In this document: in pieces, positions 10,801 to 20,175 of the stretch
Layout of the letters: every line of letters begins with the position of its first letter
How positions within the stretch are numbered: the first letter of the stretch is position 1
Notes under the pieces: model-generated
Databases searched by the model: none
What the model saw: the letters and a program-made list of their open reading frames with translations, nothing else
Told to the model about the DNA's origin: nothing
From: a virus
IMG/VR virus record: IMGVR_UViG_3300035645_000269
DNA: 64,000 nucleotides
Strand: one strand, 5' to 3'
Program-made: the position numbers and the translations under genes

Positions 10801-12029
10801 TAAAGCTGACCGTAGAAGGCGAAGAACAGTTAGCCGTACTTAACGCCGCATTGTCAAAAGAAGAAGGCACGACGAAAAGCGTTTCAGCGGCTTTTAAAGA
10901 ATCCTTTAAAAGCATAGGAAGCAGCATAGACCTTGTTTCCGGGGCATTTGACAGCGTTGTAAGCGGAATAAAGAAAATGGGCGTTTCAATGGACGAAGAA
11001 ACGGACGCTATTTTAGGTGACATAGGCGGAATGCTTGAAGGCGCGGGACAGTTCGCCGCAGGTTACGCAAGCATGAACCCGGTACAAATGGTGTCCGGTG
11101 CGGTAGGCTTCCTTTCTTCCGCCTTCGACCTGTTCAACACCCGCGACCGGAAAGCCGAGAAGTCCATAAAGAAACACCAAGAAGCCGTAACAAAGTTAGG
11201 CTATGCCTATAACGCATTGGAACACGCCGTAGATAGTGCTTTGGGCGAAACCGTTTATCAGAACCAAAATGCCATGATACAGAATCTGCGTGCCCAGCAG
11301 AACGAGATACAAGGCATGATAAACGATGAAATCAGCAAGAAGAAAACCGATTGGGGCAGAGTGGACGAATTTAGGGAACAATACGCCGAAGCCGGAAGGC
11401 AGATAGAAGACCTCATAAAAGAGATTACCGAAAGCATTACGCAAACTTCGGCTACGGAATTGGCGGACGAATTGGCTAATGCACTGGTAGAAGCCTTTGA
11501 AGGTGGGGAAAACGCGGCTAAGGCATTCGGGGAAGTAGCAAACGACGTGATAAAAAACGCCGTCGTAAACGCCCTAAAATTGCAGTTCTTGGAACAGCCC
11601 TTACAGAAGGCTATAAAGCAGCTTCAAAAGGATATGGGGTTTGATGAAGAAGGGAACGGCTCTTTTAACGGATTGACGGAAACGGAGCAGGCGCGTTTCA
11701 AACAAGCCATACAAGCAGCCGGGGCGAACTTTGCCGCCGCTATGGATATGTACAAAGACCTATTTGAACAGTTGGACGAAGACGACCCCAGTACGTTAAG
11801 CGGCGCGATAAAAGGCGCAAGCCAAGAAAGTATAGACCTTTTGGCAGGACAAACAAACGCGGTACGAGTAAACCAAGTAACATCGCTCCAACTTTTACGG
11901 CAGCAGCTTACACACCTTGCGAACATGGACACCACGTTAGGCGTGATAAGCGGGCGGCTGCTTACCATAATAAACAAGATTACCAATACCCCTACGGATG
12001 ATTTACGTTCGCAGGGCATAACAGATTAA
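7833..12029 (+). CDS. tail tape measure protein
   Basis: 1398 aa, highly coiled-coil (Ala/Glu/Lys/Gln-rich) N half, hydrophobic central segment, follows the chaperone. The minus-strand ORFs inside are antisense shadows. Confidence 0.85.
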   Translation: MNIQGGGLSFEISGSNDKLLSVLNESKKAIQNFSTAAVSGGKGIDRAFENAAAAIEKGFADIDRIVDTNKASLAKLQEEYKRLSSEAAKAFSEARDADYRRYIEAAKNIQSEITLREKLINEAQASADQLLQEEKALKKQKETAEKNVSTQISLRTQLRNVREELALLEANGQRGTEAFKKLQQEAGRLTDAIGDATTQARIFSHDNRGLQGMISGLSGVVGAFSAAQGAVALFAGENEDLQKVMLKVQSLMSITIGLQQVANTINKDSAFMLTTVAKAKELLAAATNKLTIALGGSTIAAKALMATLTLGLSVAITVIIAALSKLQSKQAEAKKAQEEFNKKVSEAAGKPVAAYRALQTEWISLSGSLKEREKWVQDNADNFKELGFSVRDAKEAEELLVSNSSKFVEAMMLRAKAAATSELAIEKYKAVIEAQNKLDATPKAYVSKKGTYTDGYGVKRKGTVLEKSDTWKEAEEALTKAEAEYNKLINLQVSFTQQEKQILAQIGNQAGKIIAGSVEAAEKELARLQELYKKAGSDKERASLKKQIEAQQKEVNRISLSSGSKKEKDPYLEMLTKRKEKYADYLKWVTSKDETLRMAANTEFATLLKEGTSYLDYLENKRADIQAKATKTTTDLKNLSTLNNEIAKTTKETVISDFDKKLQEELAACQTIGARLDLLEQRRKELSGDNSDVDNAKKDIIDDAKKDTLQQAKEETKQLLREYAGYLSDKLDFEESYAWKKQAITDKLAKATTSKDKQVAEAALAALEKKRAEYSKLTGNEQYDQLLQQYKTYQQQQTEIMKTYAAQRVEAEKQGNIAMIAQINAKEQAELSKLAASRLMASESWNQLFSDLSTLTTNTINKLITDINSKKVSLSAQFNPADLKAINDQLEKAKDELHERNPFLALKDSLAELRAAMKADKLLESDDPFVKSLEERKKQYQAYTDTINSGDEILAGAAKEAFAELLSEGSSYVDYLRRKIAELNKQKATIKLTVEGEEQLAVLNAALSKEEGTTKSVSAAFKESFKSIGSSIDLVSGAFDSVVSGIKKMGVSMDEETDAILGDIGGMLEGAGQFAAGYASMNPVQMVSGAVGFLSSAFDLFNTRDRKAEKSIKKHQEAVTKLGYAYNALEHAVDSALGETVYQNQNAMIQNLRAQQNEIQGMINDEISKKKTDWGRVDEFREQYAEAGRQIEDLIKEITESITQTSATELADELANALVEAFEGGENAAKAFGEVANDVIKNAVVNALKLQFLEQPLQKAIKQLQKDMGFDEEGNGSFNGLTETEQARFKQAIQAAGANFAAAMDMYKDLFEQLDEDDPSTLSGAIKGASQESIDLLAGQTNAVRVNQVTSLQLLRQQLTHLANMDTTLGVISGRLLTIINKITNTPTDDLRSQGITD

Positions 12030-12038
12030 CGACGGAAT

Positions 12039-12542
12039 ATGAGTTTTGAAGAATTGAAAAGGGCTTTAGCCGCCGAAGCGCAGGCTAAGGGCATTTGCTC
12101 GGAATGGTACAGCTTCATTCTTCGGGCGACATCAAAAGAAAGGCTTCTTACACTTTTTGTGAAAGGGCTTGATTTCGTTTTTGACCACGATTTTCCCAGT
12201 GCGGAACTGCGTGCGGAGTTCAAAGGCTTGCATGAACATTACGGCGTGTTCATTGACGAACCTTTCAGCGTTACAGAAATGCGCCGTATCGTAGCTTTCG
12301 GAACATCGGAAGGCAAAGCCCGCTTTTCGGGGTTCTGCGCGGCGCAGGTATGGGCGCGAGATGGTACTAAGTTGGTTGTAGAGGTTGAAGATAACGCCTT
12401 TGTCTGCATTGACATAACCGACCGGGCAAAGGTGGAGATAACAGCAAGCGGGGCGGCAAAGGTTACTGTCTTCCAACACGGCGGGGAGTGCATTAACCGG
12501 GCTTCCGGCAACGCGAATATAAAAGTAATTGATAAACGTTAG
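12039..12542 (+). CDS. conserved tail-associated protein (paralogue of 61939..62451)
   Basis: Shares GLDFVFDHDFP / EVEDNAFVCIDITDRAKV with GIDFCIEHDYP / EVEDCAKVFVSVYDRAKL in the other ORF. Both sit immediately after a tape measure gene. Confidence 0.5.
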   Translation: MSFEELKRALAAEAQAKGICSEWYSFILRATSKERLLTLFVKGLDFVFDHDFPSAELRAEFKGLHEHYGVFIDEPFSVTEMRRIVAFGTSEGKARFSGFCAAQVWARDGTKLVVEVEDNAFVCIDITDRAKVEITASGAAKVTVFQHGGECINRASGNANIKVIDKR

Positions 12543-12547
12543 CAGCT

Positions 12548-13765
12548 ATGGCATTAGAACAGAATTTAATTTTAGACTTACCTTTCGACGAAGCGAACGG
12601 TTCTACCGTTGCATACGACTTTGCACAGAACCGCCACGACGCGACCGTAGTAGATTGCAGTTTTGTAGCAGGCAAGCAGGGAAACTGCATAAATTTTGAC
12701 GGCGAAGGATATGCAGACGTAAACTATAACGTTGTGCCCCTATCCGGCAGTTTTACCATATTGGCATGGGTAAAAGCCAATAAATACCCGGACGGCTACA
12801 CGGGCAAAAGAATAGGATTGTTCTGTAACACCGACCAAGTGGATGGCTACCGCACCTTTTGGATAGACGTAGAACCGGATAGCTGGGGCTTCTTCGCTAT
12901 AAAGAAGTCCGGCAACCGAGTTTTGGTATATTTAGACACACAGTTAATAGAAACGATCGTATTGCCTTCCACGCTTACCGGGATAGCGTTAATACAAGAC
13001 ATTTACGGTATTGGTTACGGTTACGCCGATTTAGACAGCGTGAAAGTGTACAACGTCGTATTAAGCGACGCGGAAATAGGCGAAGAACTTAACTCCGTTG
13101 CGCAGCTTGAATATTATTTGGACGGTAAAAACTTCCGCGATTTTGGAATACGCGTAGAAAGTTCTACGGGCGTTCTTGACCTTCCCAAACTGAAAACCCC
13201 GGCTTCCGTTGATTGGGCGGACTATCACGGGAAAGTTATAGACCTTAGCGAAAAGCGATACCAAGAACGCGAAATAACGCTTAATTGTTGGCTAAAGGCT
13301 TCCGGTAAGATGGATTTCGTTGAACGGGTTAATACCTTGTACGACCGTTTCCGGCAGGACGGCACGCAGCGGCTTATGATTTCCATACACCCAACTAAAC
13401 CGCTTGTTTACGAGGTTTATTGCGAAGACGGGGTAGCCCCCTCCAAACGTTGGCACGATGATAAAATGATAGGTACTTTCTCCCTGAAGCTGAAAGAACC
13501 AGACCCGGTTAAGCGCGTCGTAAGACACCAGCGGTTAAACAGCGGTTCGGCTAAGGTAAGCGTGGCGTTCAAATCCGATAAAATGATTAATATTTATTGG
13601 GGTGACGGTACGGTAGATACCGACGTTTACGGGGATTGTACCGGAAAGAACGCCATTAGCCACACCTACACGGATAACGGAATTTATTACATAATTGTAG
13701 CCGGGGTAATTGAAGACATAACGGACTTTGAAACTAACGGTATTGTAGTATGGAACAGATTATAA
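12548..13765 (+). CDS. distal tail protein (Dit-like) with N-terminal lectin/LamG-like domain
   Basis: 405 aa, position after the tape measure gene. C part resembles the 172 aa ORF at 58173..58691. Confidence 0.4.
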   Translation: MALEQNLILDLPFDEANGSTVAYDFAQNRHDATVVDCSFVAGKQGNCINFDGEGYADVNYNVVPLSGSFTILAWVKANKYPDGYTGKRIGLFCNTDQVDGYRTFWIDVEPDSWGFFAIKKSGNRVLVYLDTQLIETIVLPSTLTGIALIQDIYGIGYGYADLDSVKVYNVVLSDAEIGEELNSVAQLEYYLDGKNFRDFGIRVESSTGVLDLPKLKTPASVDWADYHGKVIDLSEKRYQEREITLNCWLKASGKMDFVERVNTLYDRFRQDGTQRLMISIHPTKPLVYEVYCEDGVAPSKRWHDDKMIGTFSLKLKEPDPVKRVVRHQRLNSGSAKVSVAFKSDKMINIYWGDGTVDTDVYGDCTGKNAISHTYTDNGIYYIIVAGVIEDITDFETNGIVVWNRL

Positions 13766-16700
13766 TAAACCATGCCGACGGAAGCAAAACACCGTTATTC
13801 AGCAGGAAGAATATAAGCGCAATAAGCAAGGCGACACAAAAAATCGCCTTGCTTTCCGAGGACGTGGTAAGTATTACCATAACCACCGCTACGCCTTTGG
13901 ATTTGATGATAGGCGATACCACGCTGATATACGGCAAGAAGTACAAACTTAACCAGCTTCCGCAAATAACCAAGAACGGCGAAAGGAACTATACCTACGA
14001 ACTGACCTTAGAAGGGGCGCAATATGACCTTATAGATGTTCAGTACCATTTGCCCGAAGATTGCTACGGCGATACGTTCTACTCGGATTTGGGCGGGCAT
14101 TTGGACGTATTGATGTGGAACATAAGCCGCGTATATCCGGGGCTTTGGAAGCTGGGGAACTATCCCAAAGATACGGAGTACACAAACTTTACAGCCACCG
14201 AAAAGAATTGTTTGGCGGCATTGCAGGAACACTGTACCAACTACGGCGTAGAATTTGAGATAACCAGCGACGGGAAGACCAACACGCTCAACATAAAAGC
14301 CAAAGCGGGAATAACGCATACTTTCACGTTGAAGTACGGGCGCGGGCGTGGTCTGTACCAGCTTAGCCGTACCAACGTGAACAATGCCGGGATAACAAAC
14401 CGCCTTTTCATTTACGGCGGAACGGAGAATTTAGGCAAGAACTACGGGCATACAAAGCTATGCCTTCCCGGAACTACGCGCCTTACTTCCTATTTGGAAG
14501 ATGCGGAATCAATAGCCGCCTACGGGATAAAGGAAAACGAGAAGAACTATACCAACATCAAACCGGGACGTATAGGCACGGTTACGGCATTGGGTACGGA
14601 TAAGATTACCTTCATAGACAATACGATGTTTGACCTTAACGCGAAAGAAGCGGACGGGAAAACGACAAAATATTTGATAGAAGGAACAAACGCGAAGATT
14701 AAGTTTGAAAGCGGGCAACTTGCAGGCTACGAGTTTGACCTGCACAGCTACGAGCATGGAACGCATAAGTTTGTAATAAACAAGTTCCAAGACGAAAACG
14801 GTACGGTATTCCCTTCCGAAACTTCCGGCGCGTTTCAGATAAGCGTAGGCGACAAATACAGCATTTTAGATATTCAGTTACCGCAGGAATACATAACGGA
14901 AGCCGAAAAGGATTTGAAGGAAGCCGGGACAAAGGATTTTGAAACCATGACACAGCCGCAAGTAAGTTACAAACTTGCACTAACCGAAGGCTTCTTTATT
15001 TCGCTTTGGGGTAAAGAAGTGGAAACCGAAATACTGCACGTAGGCGATTTCATACCGATTGAGGACGAACAGATAGGCGTAAATAAGGCGGTAAGGATTA
15101 CTCGCATAGAGCGCGATCTGCTAAAACGGCATAGCTACGACATAACGTTAAGTGACACCGTAACGAAAAGCACTACCGTACGCGTTCTAAACGAAATAGA
15201 GGACTTGAACGAAGTTATTACCATAAACAAGCTGGCAGACCCCGCAAGGGCGCGCCGCCGTTGGCTGGCTACGCAGGAACTTCTAAACATGGTATTCGAC
15301 CCCGAAGGCGACTATTACAGCGAGAAGATAAAGCCGCTTTCCATTGAAACGCAGATGTTAAGCGTTGGGGCTAAAAGCACACAGTTCACACTGCAAAACA
15401 TTACGTTCCAGCCGAACTATGGCGGCAACCCTAATAGCCTTTACGTTTCTTCCGGTACATTGGTTCATTACGCGATAGAACCGGACGCATTGAAGTTGTG
15501 GGGGCTTTCTTCGGCAACATTTACTAACCTAACATCCGCTACGGCGTATTACATCTACGCAAAATGTCCTAAAAACGGGGATAGTGGAACTATTATACTA
15601 TCCGCTACGGCTAAGACGGTAGAAGCGGAAGCGGGCTATTACAATTTCCTTGTAGGGGTTCTTAATTCGGTTGTTACAGATACGAACGGGAAGAACCCCG
15701 GTAGGCTTGTTTCATTGACTTACGGGAGCAGTACCATAAACGGGCGTTTCATCCGTACCGGAAGGATAGAGAGCAGCGGTGGCGGTAAATGCTACTTCGA
15801 CCTCGACAACGACGAAATAGGCGGCGTTATTCACTTTGTAAGCAGCGACGGAACGACAAAGAACGTTTCAGACCTCGACCAGATAGCGAACGAAACAAAG
15901 AACTACATAAATAATACCCTGCCTGGTATTCTGAACGAAATACAAGCGCAATTAGACGGGCAAATAGAGCAGTTCTTTGAAACATACGACCCGACGCTGA
16001 CAAACGCGCCCGCGAAGGATTGGAACACAACCGCGCTGAAAGATGAACATTTAGGCGACCTTTTCTATAACACTTCAACGGGTAAAGTTTTCCGTTTCGT
16101 AAAAAACGGTTCTACTTACAGTTGGCAGGAACTACAAGACAGCGAAGTAGCGCAAGCGTTGGCACTTGCTAACGACGCGTTAAAACTTGCCGGGACAAAA
16201 CGGCGTATTTTCGTGGCACAACCTACAACGCCTTACGACGTGGGCGATTTATGGGTACAAGGCAGTACGGGCGACATCATGCGATGCAAGACCGCCCGCA
16301 CTTCCGGTTCTTATAATTCCGTAGATTGGGTAAAGGCTTCCAAATATACGGACGACACCGGGCTAACCAACTTTATAAACAACAACTTCACGCCAACCGT
16401 AAACGACCTTACAACACAGATAGACGGCAAGATAGAAAGCTGGTTCCAATCTTCCGACCCGGCGGCTAATTGGACGACTACGGCACTAAAGAAGGCGCAC
16501 GTAGGCGATATGTGGTACAGTTCATCAACAAAGTTGTTGAAACGCTATACCGTTTCCGGTTCTACATATTCATGGACTACGATAGAAGACCAAAAGGCGA
16601 TAGACGCATACACGGCAGCAAGCAAGGCACAGGACACAGCGGACGGGAAAAGGCAGGTATTTGTAACCCAGCCAAAACCACCGTATGACATAGGCGACCT

Positions 16701-17775
16701 TTGGCTGACGGGTGGAAAAACAGACGGAATACTAAAACGTTGCATAACTAAACGTACTTCCGGTTCTTACGTCGCTAACGATTGGGTGGAAGCCGTTTAT
16801 TACGATAACACCCAAACCACGATAGACGGTGGCATAGTAACAGCCGGAACGGTTCAGCTTGCAGGTAGCGACGCGAGTATAAAAGCAGGAATAACAGGGG
16901 AAGGCACAGCCGACACAAGCGTAAGGTTTTGGGCTGGAGCAAGCAAGGGAAACCGGGCTACCGCACCTTTCCGCGTACTGCAAGACGGTAGCTTTGTAGC
17001 TACGAAAGGAACTATAACGGGAACAATCAACGCAAACGCCGGAAGTATTGGCGGCTTTGCGATAGCAAGCGGACGAATAGGTGTAGCGGCTTCATCCGGC
17101 GACACAAGCGGAAGCGGTTTAGCATTGCTTAGCAGTTTTATAAAGTTCTCGGACTCTTACCGCTGGGCTTCCATTGGAACGAACGTATTACCAGCTTCTA
17201 CCGGGTTGGTCGGCGTTGGACGTTTTACCAACAAGACACCAAACAGCTATGGAACTAACTACGGGCTACTTATTGAAGCGTCCGGCGCGCTGGTTAATTT
17301 GGGTATAGTGAGCAAAGGCGCGATAGTTTGCGACAGCTACGTAGCGGATTACGGTATATCAAAACTTTTGCCTTCCGTAAATACCTGCCTTACACCGGGC
17401 GACGCTACCAAGCCTACGCTATTCAAGTTAATGCCGCGCTTCATTTACAGTAATAGCGGCATAGGGCTACCTCGCCGCGACTCCATTTGTACGGTGTTAG
17501 GCATTAGTAATTATACAGCCTTTGCCGTAAGGATTACTATTATTTGTGATAGAACGAGCACGCAGACCGGGTATGTTTGCGGGCGTAATACATTCGTAAA
17601 GAACAGTTCCGGCGGCAACGCTATGGATAGCAACTACTACCCGTACCGTATGAACAACAACGCAGGAAACGAAACCGGAAAGTGGAACATGGCGGCGGGC
17701 GACATACGCGAGTTTCTTTTAGTTTGGGACGGAAGCAGCGGATATTACGCCTATTTATTGAACATAAGAGAATAA
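13750..17775 (+). CDS. tail tip / receptor-binding protein (Tal-like) with internal tandem domain duplication
   Basis: 1341 aa. KYGRGRGLYQLSRT matches KYGRGNGLYEIQRT in 55298..58195. Two ~140 aa repeats (NWTTTALK...GSTYSW...PYDxGDLW...RTSGSY). Confidence 0.55.
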   Translation: MEQIIINHADGSKTPLFSRKNISAISKATQKIALLSEDVVSITITTATPLDLMIGDTTLIYGKKYKLNQLPQITKNGERNYTYELTLEGAQYDLIDVQYHLPEDCYGDTFYSDLGGHLDVLMWNISRVYPGLWKLGNYPKDTEYTNFTATEKNCLAALQEHCTNYGVEFEITSDGKTNTLNIKAKAGITHTFTLKYGRGRGLYQLSRTNVNNAGITNRLFIYGGTENLGKNYGHTKLCLPGTTRLTSYLEDAESIAAYGIKENEKNYTNIKPGRIGTVTALGTDKITFIDNTMFDLNAKEADGKTTKYLIEGTNAKIKFESGQLAGYEFDLHSYEHGTHKFVINKFQDENGTVFPSETSGAFQISVGDKYSILDIQLPQEYITEAEKDLKEAGTKDFETMTQPQVSYKLALTEGFFISLWGKEVETEILHVGDFIPIEDEQIGVNKAVRITRIERDLLKRHSYDITLSDTVTKSTTVRVLNEIEDLNEVITINKLADPARARRRWLATQELLNMVFDPEGDYYSEKIKPLSIETQMLSVGAKSTQFTLQNITFQPNYGGNPNSLYVSSGTLVHYAIEPDALKLWGLSSATFTNLTSATAYYIYAKCPKNGDSGTIILSATAKTVEAEAGYYNFLVGVLNSVVTDTNGKNPGRLVSLTYGSSTINGRFIRTGRIESSGGGKCYFDLDNDEIGGVIHFVSSDGTTKNVSDLDQIANETKNYINNTLPGILNEIQAQLDGQIEQFFETYDPTLTNAPAKDWNTTALKDEHLGDLFYNTSTGKVFRFVKNGSTYSWQELQDSEVAQALALANDALKLAGTKRRIFVAQPTTPYDVGDLWVQGSTGDIMRCKTARTSGSYNSVDWVKASKYTDDTGLTNFINNNFTPTVNDLTTQIDGKIESWFQSSDPAANWTTTALKKAHVGDMWYSSSTKLLKRYTVSGSTYSWTTIEDQKAIDAYTAASKAQDTADGKRQVFVTQPKPPYDIGDLWLTGGKTDGILKRCITKRTSGSYVANDWVEAVYYDNTQTTIDGGIVTAGTVQLAGSDASIKAGITGEGTADTSVRFWAGASKGNRATAPFRVLQDGSFVATKGTITGTINANAGSIGGFAIASGRIGVAASSGDTSGSGLALLSSFIKFSDSYRWASIGTNVLPASTGLVGVGRFTNKTPNSYGTNYGLLIEASGALVNLGIVSKGAIVCDSYVADYGISKLLPSVNTCLTPGDATKPTLFKLMPRFIYSNSGIGLPRRDSICTVLGISNYTAFAVRITIICDRTSTQTGYVCGRNTFVKNSSGGNAMDSNYYPYRMNNNAGNETGKWNMAAGDIREFLLVWDGSSGYYAYLLNIRE

Positions 17776-18114
17776 GCCATGCATCACGGCGCAAGGCATT
17801 AAATAGAAGTGTTGTAACGCCGAATTTCACGGCTTCGGCTAAACAAACACTTCACGAGTATTTCACGACGTATTAAACTAATACGATAAGAAAGTATTTT
17901 TGTAACGACTTAAAATTAAGTGTATGGAAAATAGAAACGGCGATTTAGTGAGCGCGCAAATTTCGGTAGCCGGGAACGTGGATTTTTCCGGTGGCAACTT
18001 CCGAATGGACACGCCTTTTTGCTTAAAAAACGATGGCGAAGCGGCGATAGTATTGGAAGTAAACCTTTGGGGAATGCCCGAAGGCGAATTTATAAGCACG
18101 CGCTTTGAAACGGG

Positions 18115-19530
18115 ATGGAACCCCGAAATTATCAGAGAGATAAAAGAAACGAGTTCAGCAACCGCCCTGATTTGGGGCTATTAAAAATTATAACTATGGG
18201 TTTAATTATTGCGGCGGGCAACACAAAGCCCGCGTTTCCTTATGATTACTATTACGGCGTAAAGATTAATATAAACGTGGCAGATACCGCGTTAGAACGC
18301 GTAGGAAGATCGGAACTACATGTTTCGCTCCCGGTTCAATCCCTTATGCGCCGTTGTTTGCTTAACGATGCCGGGCAGGTTGTTACCTACCTTCATCAAA
18401 CCGACAGTACGAAGACGGACACCGGGGCAGCGGCAGACCTTACCGGAGCTTCCGGCATGGTAATGGTAGAAATACCGAAGCACTACCGTAAGTTTGAATT
18501 TGACGGTACTACGTTTACCTGCCTTATATCACAATACCAACTACCGGGCTTTATCGAAGTGCCGAAGATGTACCGGAGCGCATACGAAGCCACGATAGAC
18601 AGAACTTTATCAGCTACGCCCAAACTTGCCAGCGTGGTAAATACTACGGCTGCTTTCCGGGGCGGAAACAATAATACGGCATGGGACGGAACTTATAGAA
18701 CCCTCTTAGGTCGTCCAGCTACACAAACGAGCCTTACCAACTTCCGAAAATACGCACGTAACAGAGGTGCAGCCGGATTGAACAGCGCAGGATGGAACTG
18801 CGATTTATACGCGGCACAAAACGCGACCTATTGGCTTTACGTGATTGAATACGCTAACCTTAACTGCCAGCTTGATTTTAACGCGCAACCTACGAGCGAA
18901 GGGTACAAGCAAGGCGGGTTAGGCGCAGGCGTTACGACGCTTAACAGTACAAAGTGGAACACCTTCAACAGCTACTATCCGTTTGTGCCATGCGGTACTA
19001 CCAATTCATTGGGTAACGCTTCGGGTGTGGTAGAATACACCATGCCGGACGAATACGACACGGGCGTAGTTACCAAAGTAAAAGTACCTTCATACCGAGG
19101 AATAGAAAACCCGTTCGGGCATGTTTGGAGTTGGACGGACGGATGCAAATGCGCCATTGAATCAGACGCGGACGGCGGCATCAGTTCTTTCTATACTTGC
19201 GATAACCCGGCGAACTACCAAGATACAAACTATGACAATTACGTAAAACGTGGCGAACTTCCACGCAAGGAAGGTTATGTTAAGCGCATGATGATAGGCG
19301 AATACGGGGAAAATATGCCTACGGAAGTGGGCGTAGGTTCTACTACCTACTTTGCCGACTACTTCTATACCAACATACCAGCCAGTGGCGTAGCGCAAAG
19401 GGGTGTCTTGTTCGGCGGTGATGCGGATAACGGCGCGGGTGCCGGGCTTTCGTGCGCGTATACGGCTAACGCGGCTTCGTATGCGGGTGCGAATGTCGGC
19501 TCTCGGCTTTGCTTTATCCCCGCCGCGTAA
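18115..19530 (+). CDS. DGR-1 target protein with C-terminal variable region
   Basis: The last ~110 nt (VR1) match TR1 except at TR adenines. Likely true start at the ATG near 18196 (MGLIIAAG) after the 17924..18184 ORF. Confidence 0.75.
   Translation: MEPRNYQRDKRNEFSNRPDLGLLKIITMGLIIAAGNTKPAFPYDYYYGVKININVADTALERVGRSELHVSLPVQSLMRRCLLNDAGQVVTYLHQTDSTKTDTGAAADLTGASGMVMVEIPKHYRKFEFDGTTFTCLISQYQLPGFIEVPKMYRSAYEATIDRTLSATPKLASVVNTTAAFRGGNNNTAWDGTYRTLLGRPATQTSLTNFRKYARNRGAAGLNSAGWNCDLYAAQNATYWLYVIEYANLNCQLDFNAQPTSEGYKQGGLGAGVTTLNSTKWNTFNSYYPFVPCGTTNSLGNASGVVEYTMPDEYDTGVVTKVKVPSYRGIENPFGHVWSWTDGCKCAIESDADGGISSFYTCDNPANYQDTNYDNYVKRGELPRKEGYVKRMMIGEYGENMPTEVGVGSTTYFADYFYTNIPASGVAQRGVLFGGDADNGAGAGLSCAYTANAASYAGANVGSRLCFIPAA
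19401..19512 (+). repeat. DGR-1 variable repeat (VR1)
   Basis: gggtgtcttgttcggcggtGatgcgGataacGgcgcgGGtgcc... versus TR1 ...ggtAatgcgAataacAgcgcgAAtgcc... Every mismatch I could find sits at a TR adenine. Confidence 0.8.
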
Positions 19531-19573
19531 TACGTTACGAAACGAAATGTTTAATAATTAAAAATACAAGAAA

Positions 19574-19918
19574 ATGACTTCAAACAATAATAGCACAGAT
19601 GACGGTAGCCTTTCGTTCTTGAACATCCAGCCGGACGAAGCGAACAAACATTTCAACTGCCCGGAAACCACCCAGCAGAAACTAATCAATTTGCAGTTTT
19701 GGTTAATTGATTTTATCGAAGACGTGAAAACGAAATTCGGTGCGAACCGTTTCCTCGTGAAAATAAAGTTCAAGAAGGACGACCCCGAAAGCGAAGCAAA
19801 GAAGTTCTTCACAAATTCCAGCGAAATAAAATACATTTTGCAGGAAATAAAGAAGCGTAACGCCTTCCCGCGAAAGGTAACTATGCGGGCTTCGGGAACG
19901 CGCTATTATTTTGAGTAG
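19574..19918 (+). CDS. DGR accessory protein (Avd-like, by position)
   Basis: 114 aa ORF between the target gene and TR1. Assigned by synteny only. Confidence 0.35.
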   Translation: MTSNNNSTDDGSLSFLNIQPDEANKHFNCPETTQQKLINLQFWLIDFIEDVKTKFGANRFLVKIKFKKDDPESEAKKFFTNSSEIKYILQEIKKRNAFPRKVTMRASGTRYYFE

Positions 19919-19945
19919 GAAGATTTTCACGGTTGTTTGCCCTTC

Positions 19946-20057
19946 GGGTGTCTTGTTCGGCGGTAATGCGAATAACAGCGCGAATGCCGGGCTTTCGTAC
20001 GCGAATACGAATAACACGGCTACGAATACGAATGCGAATATCGGCTCTCAGCTATAC
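19946..20057 (+). repeat. DGR-1 template repeat (TR1)
   Basis: Adenine-rich (AAT/AAC codons) copy of VR1, non-coding, between the Avd-like ORF and the reverse transcriptase. Confidence 0.8.
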
Positions 20058-20175
20058 TGATTTTTTTGTAAAGCTAATAAGGACAAAGACCGCGCCGGAA
20101 GGCGGAAAATATTAACCATTAACGGGGTTTGGTAGGGAAACCGAAGAACACCATTTAATCAGCAAAGAAATTACT

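Noticed and set aside
8135-12019. Several 80-210 aa minus-strand ORFs inside the tape measure gene
   Set aside because: Antisense shadows of a long, compositionally biased coiled-coil gene. Their translations are Ser/Ala/Phe-rich with no signals.
12132-12511. Minus-strand ORFs overlapping 12039..12542
   Set aside because: The + strand gene has a paralogue with conserved motifs. The minus ORFs are shadows.
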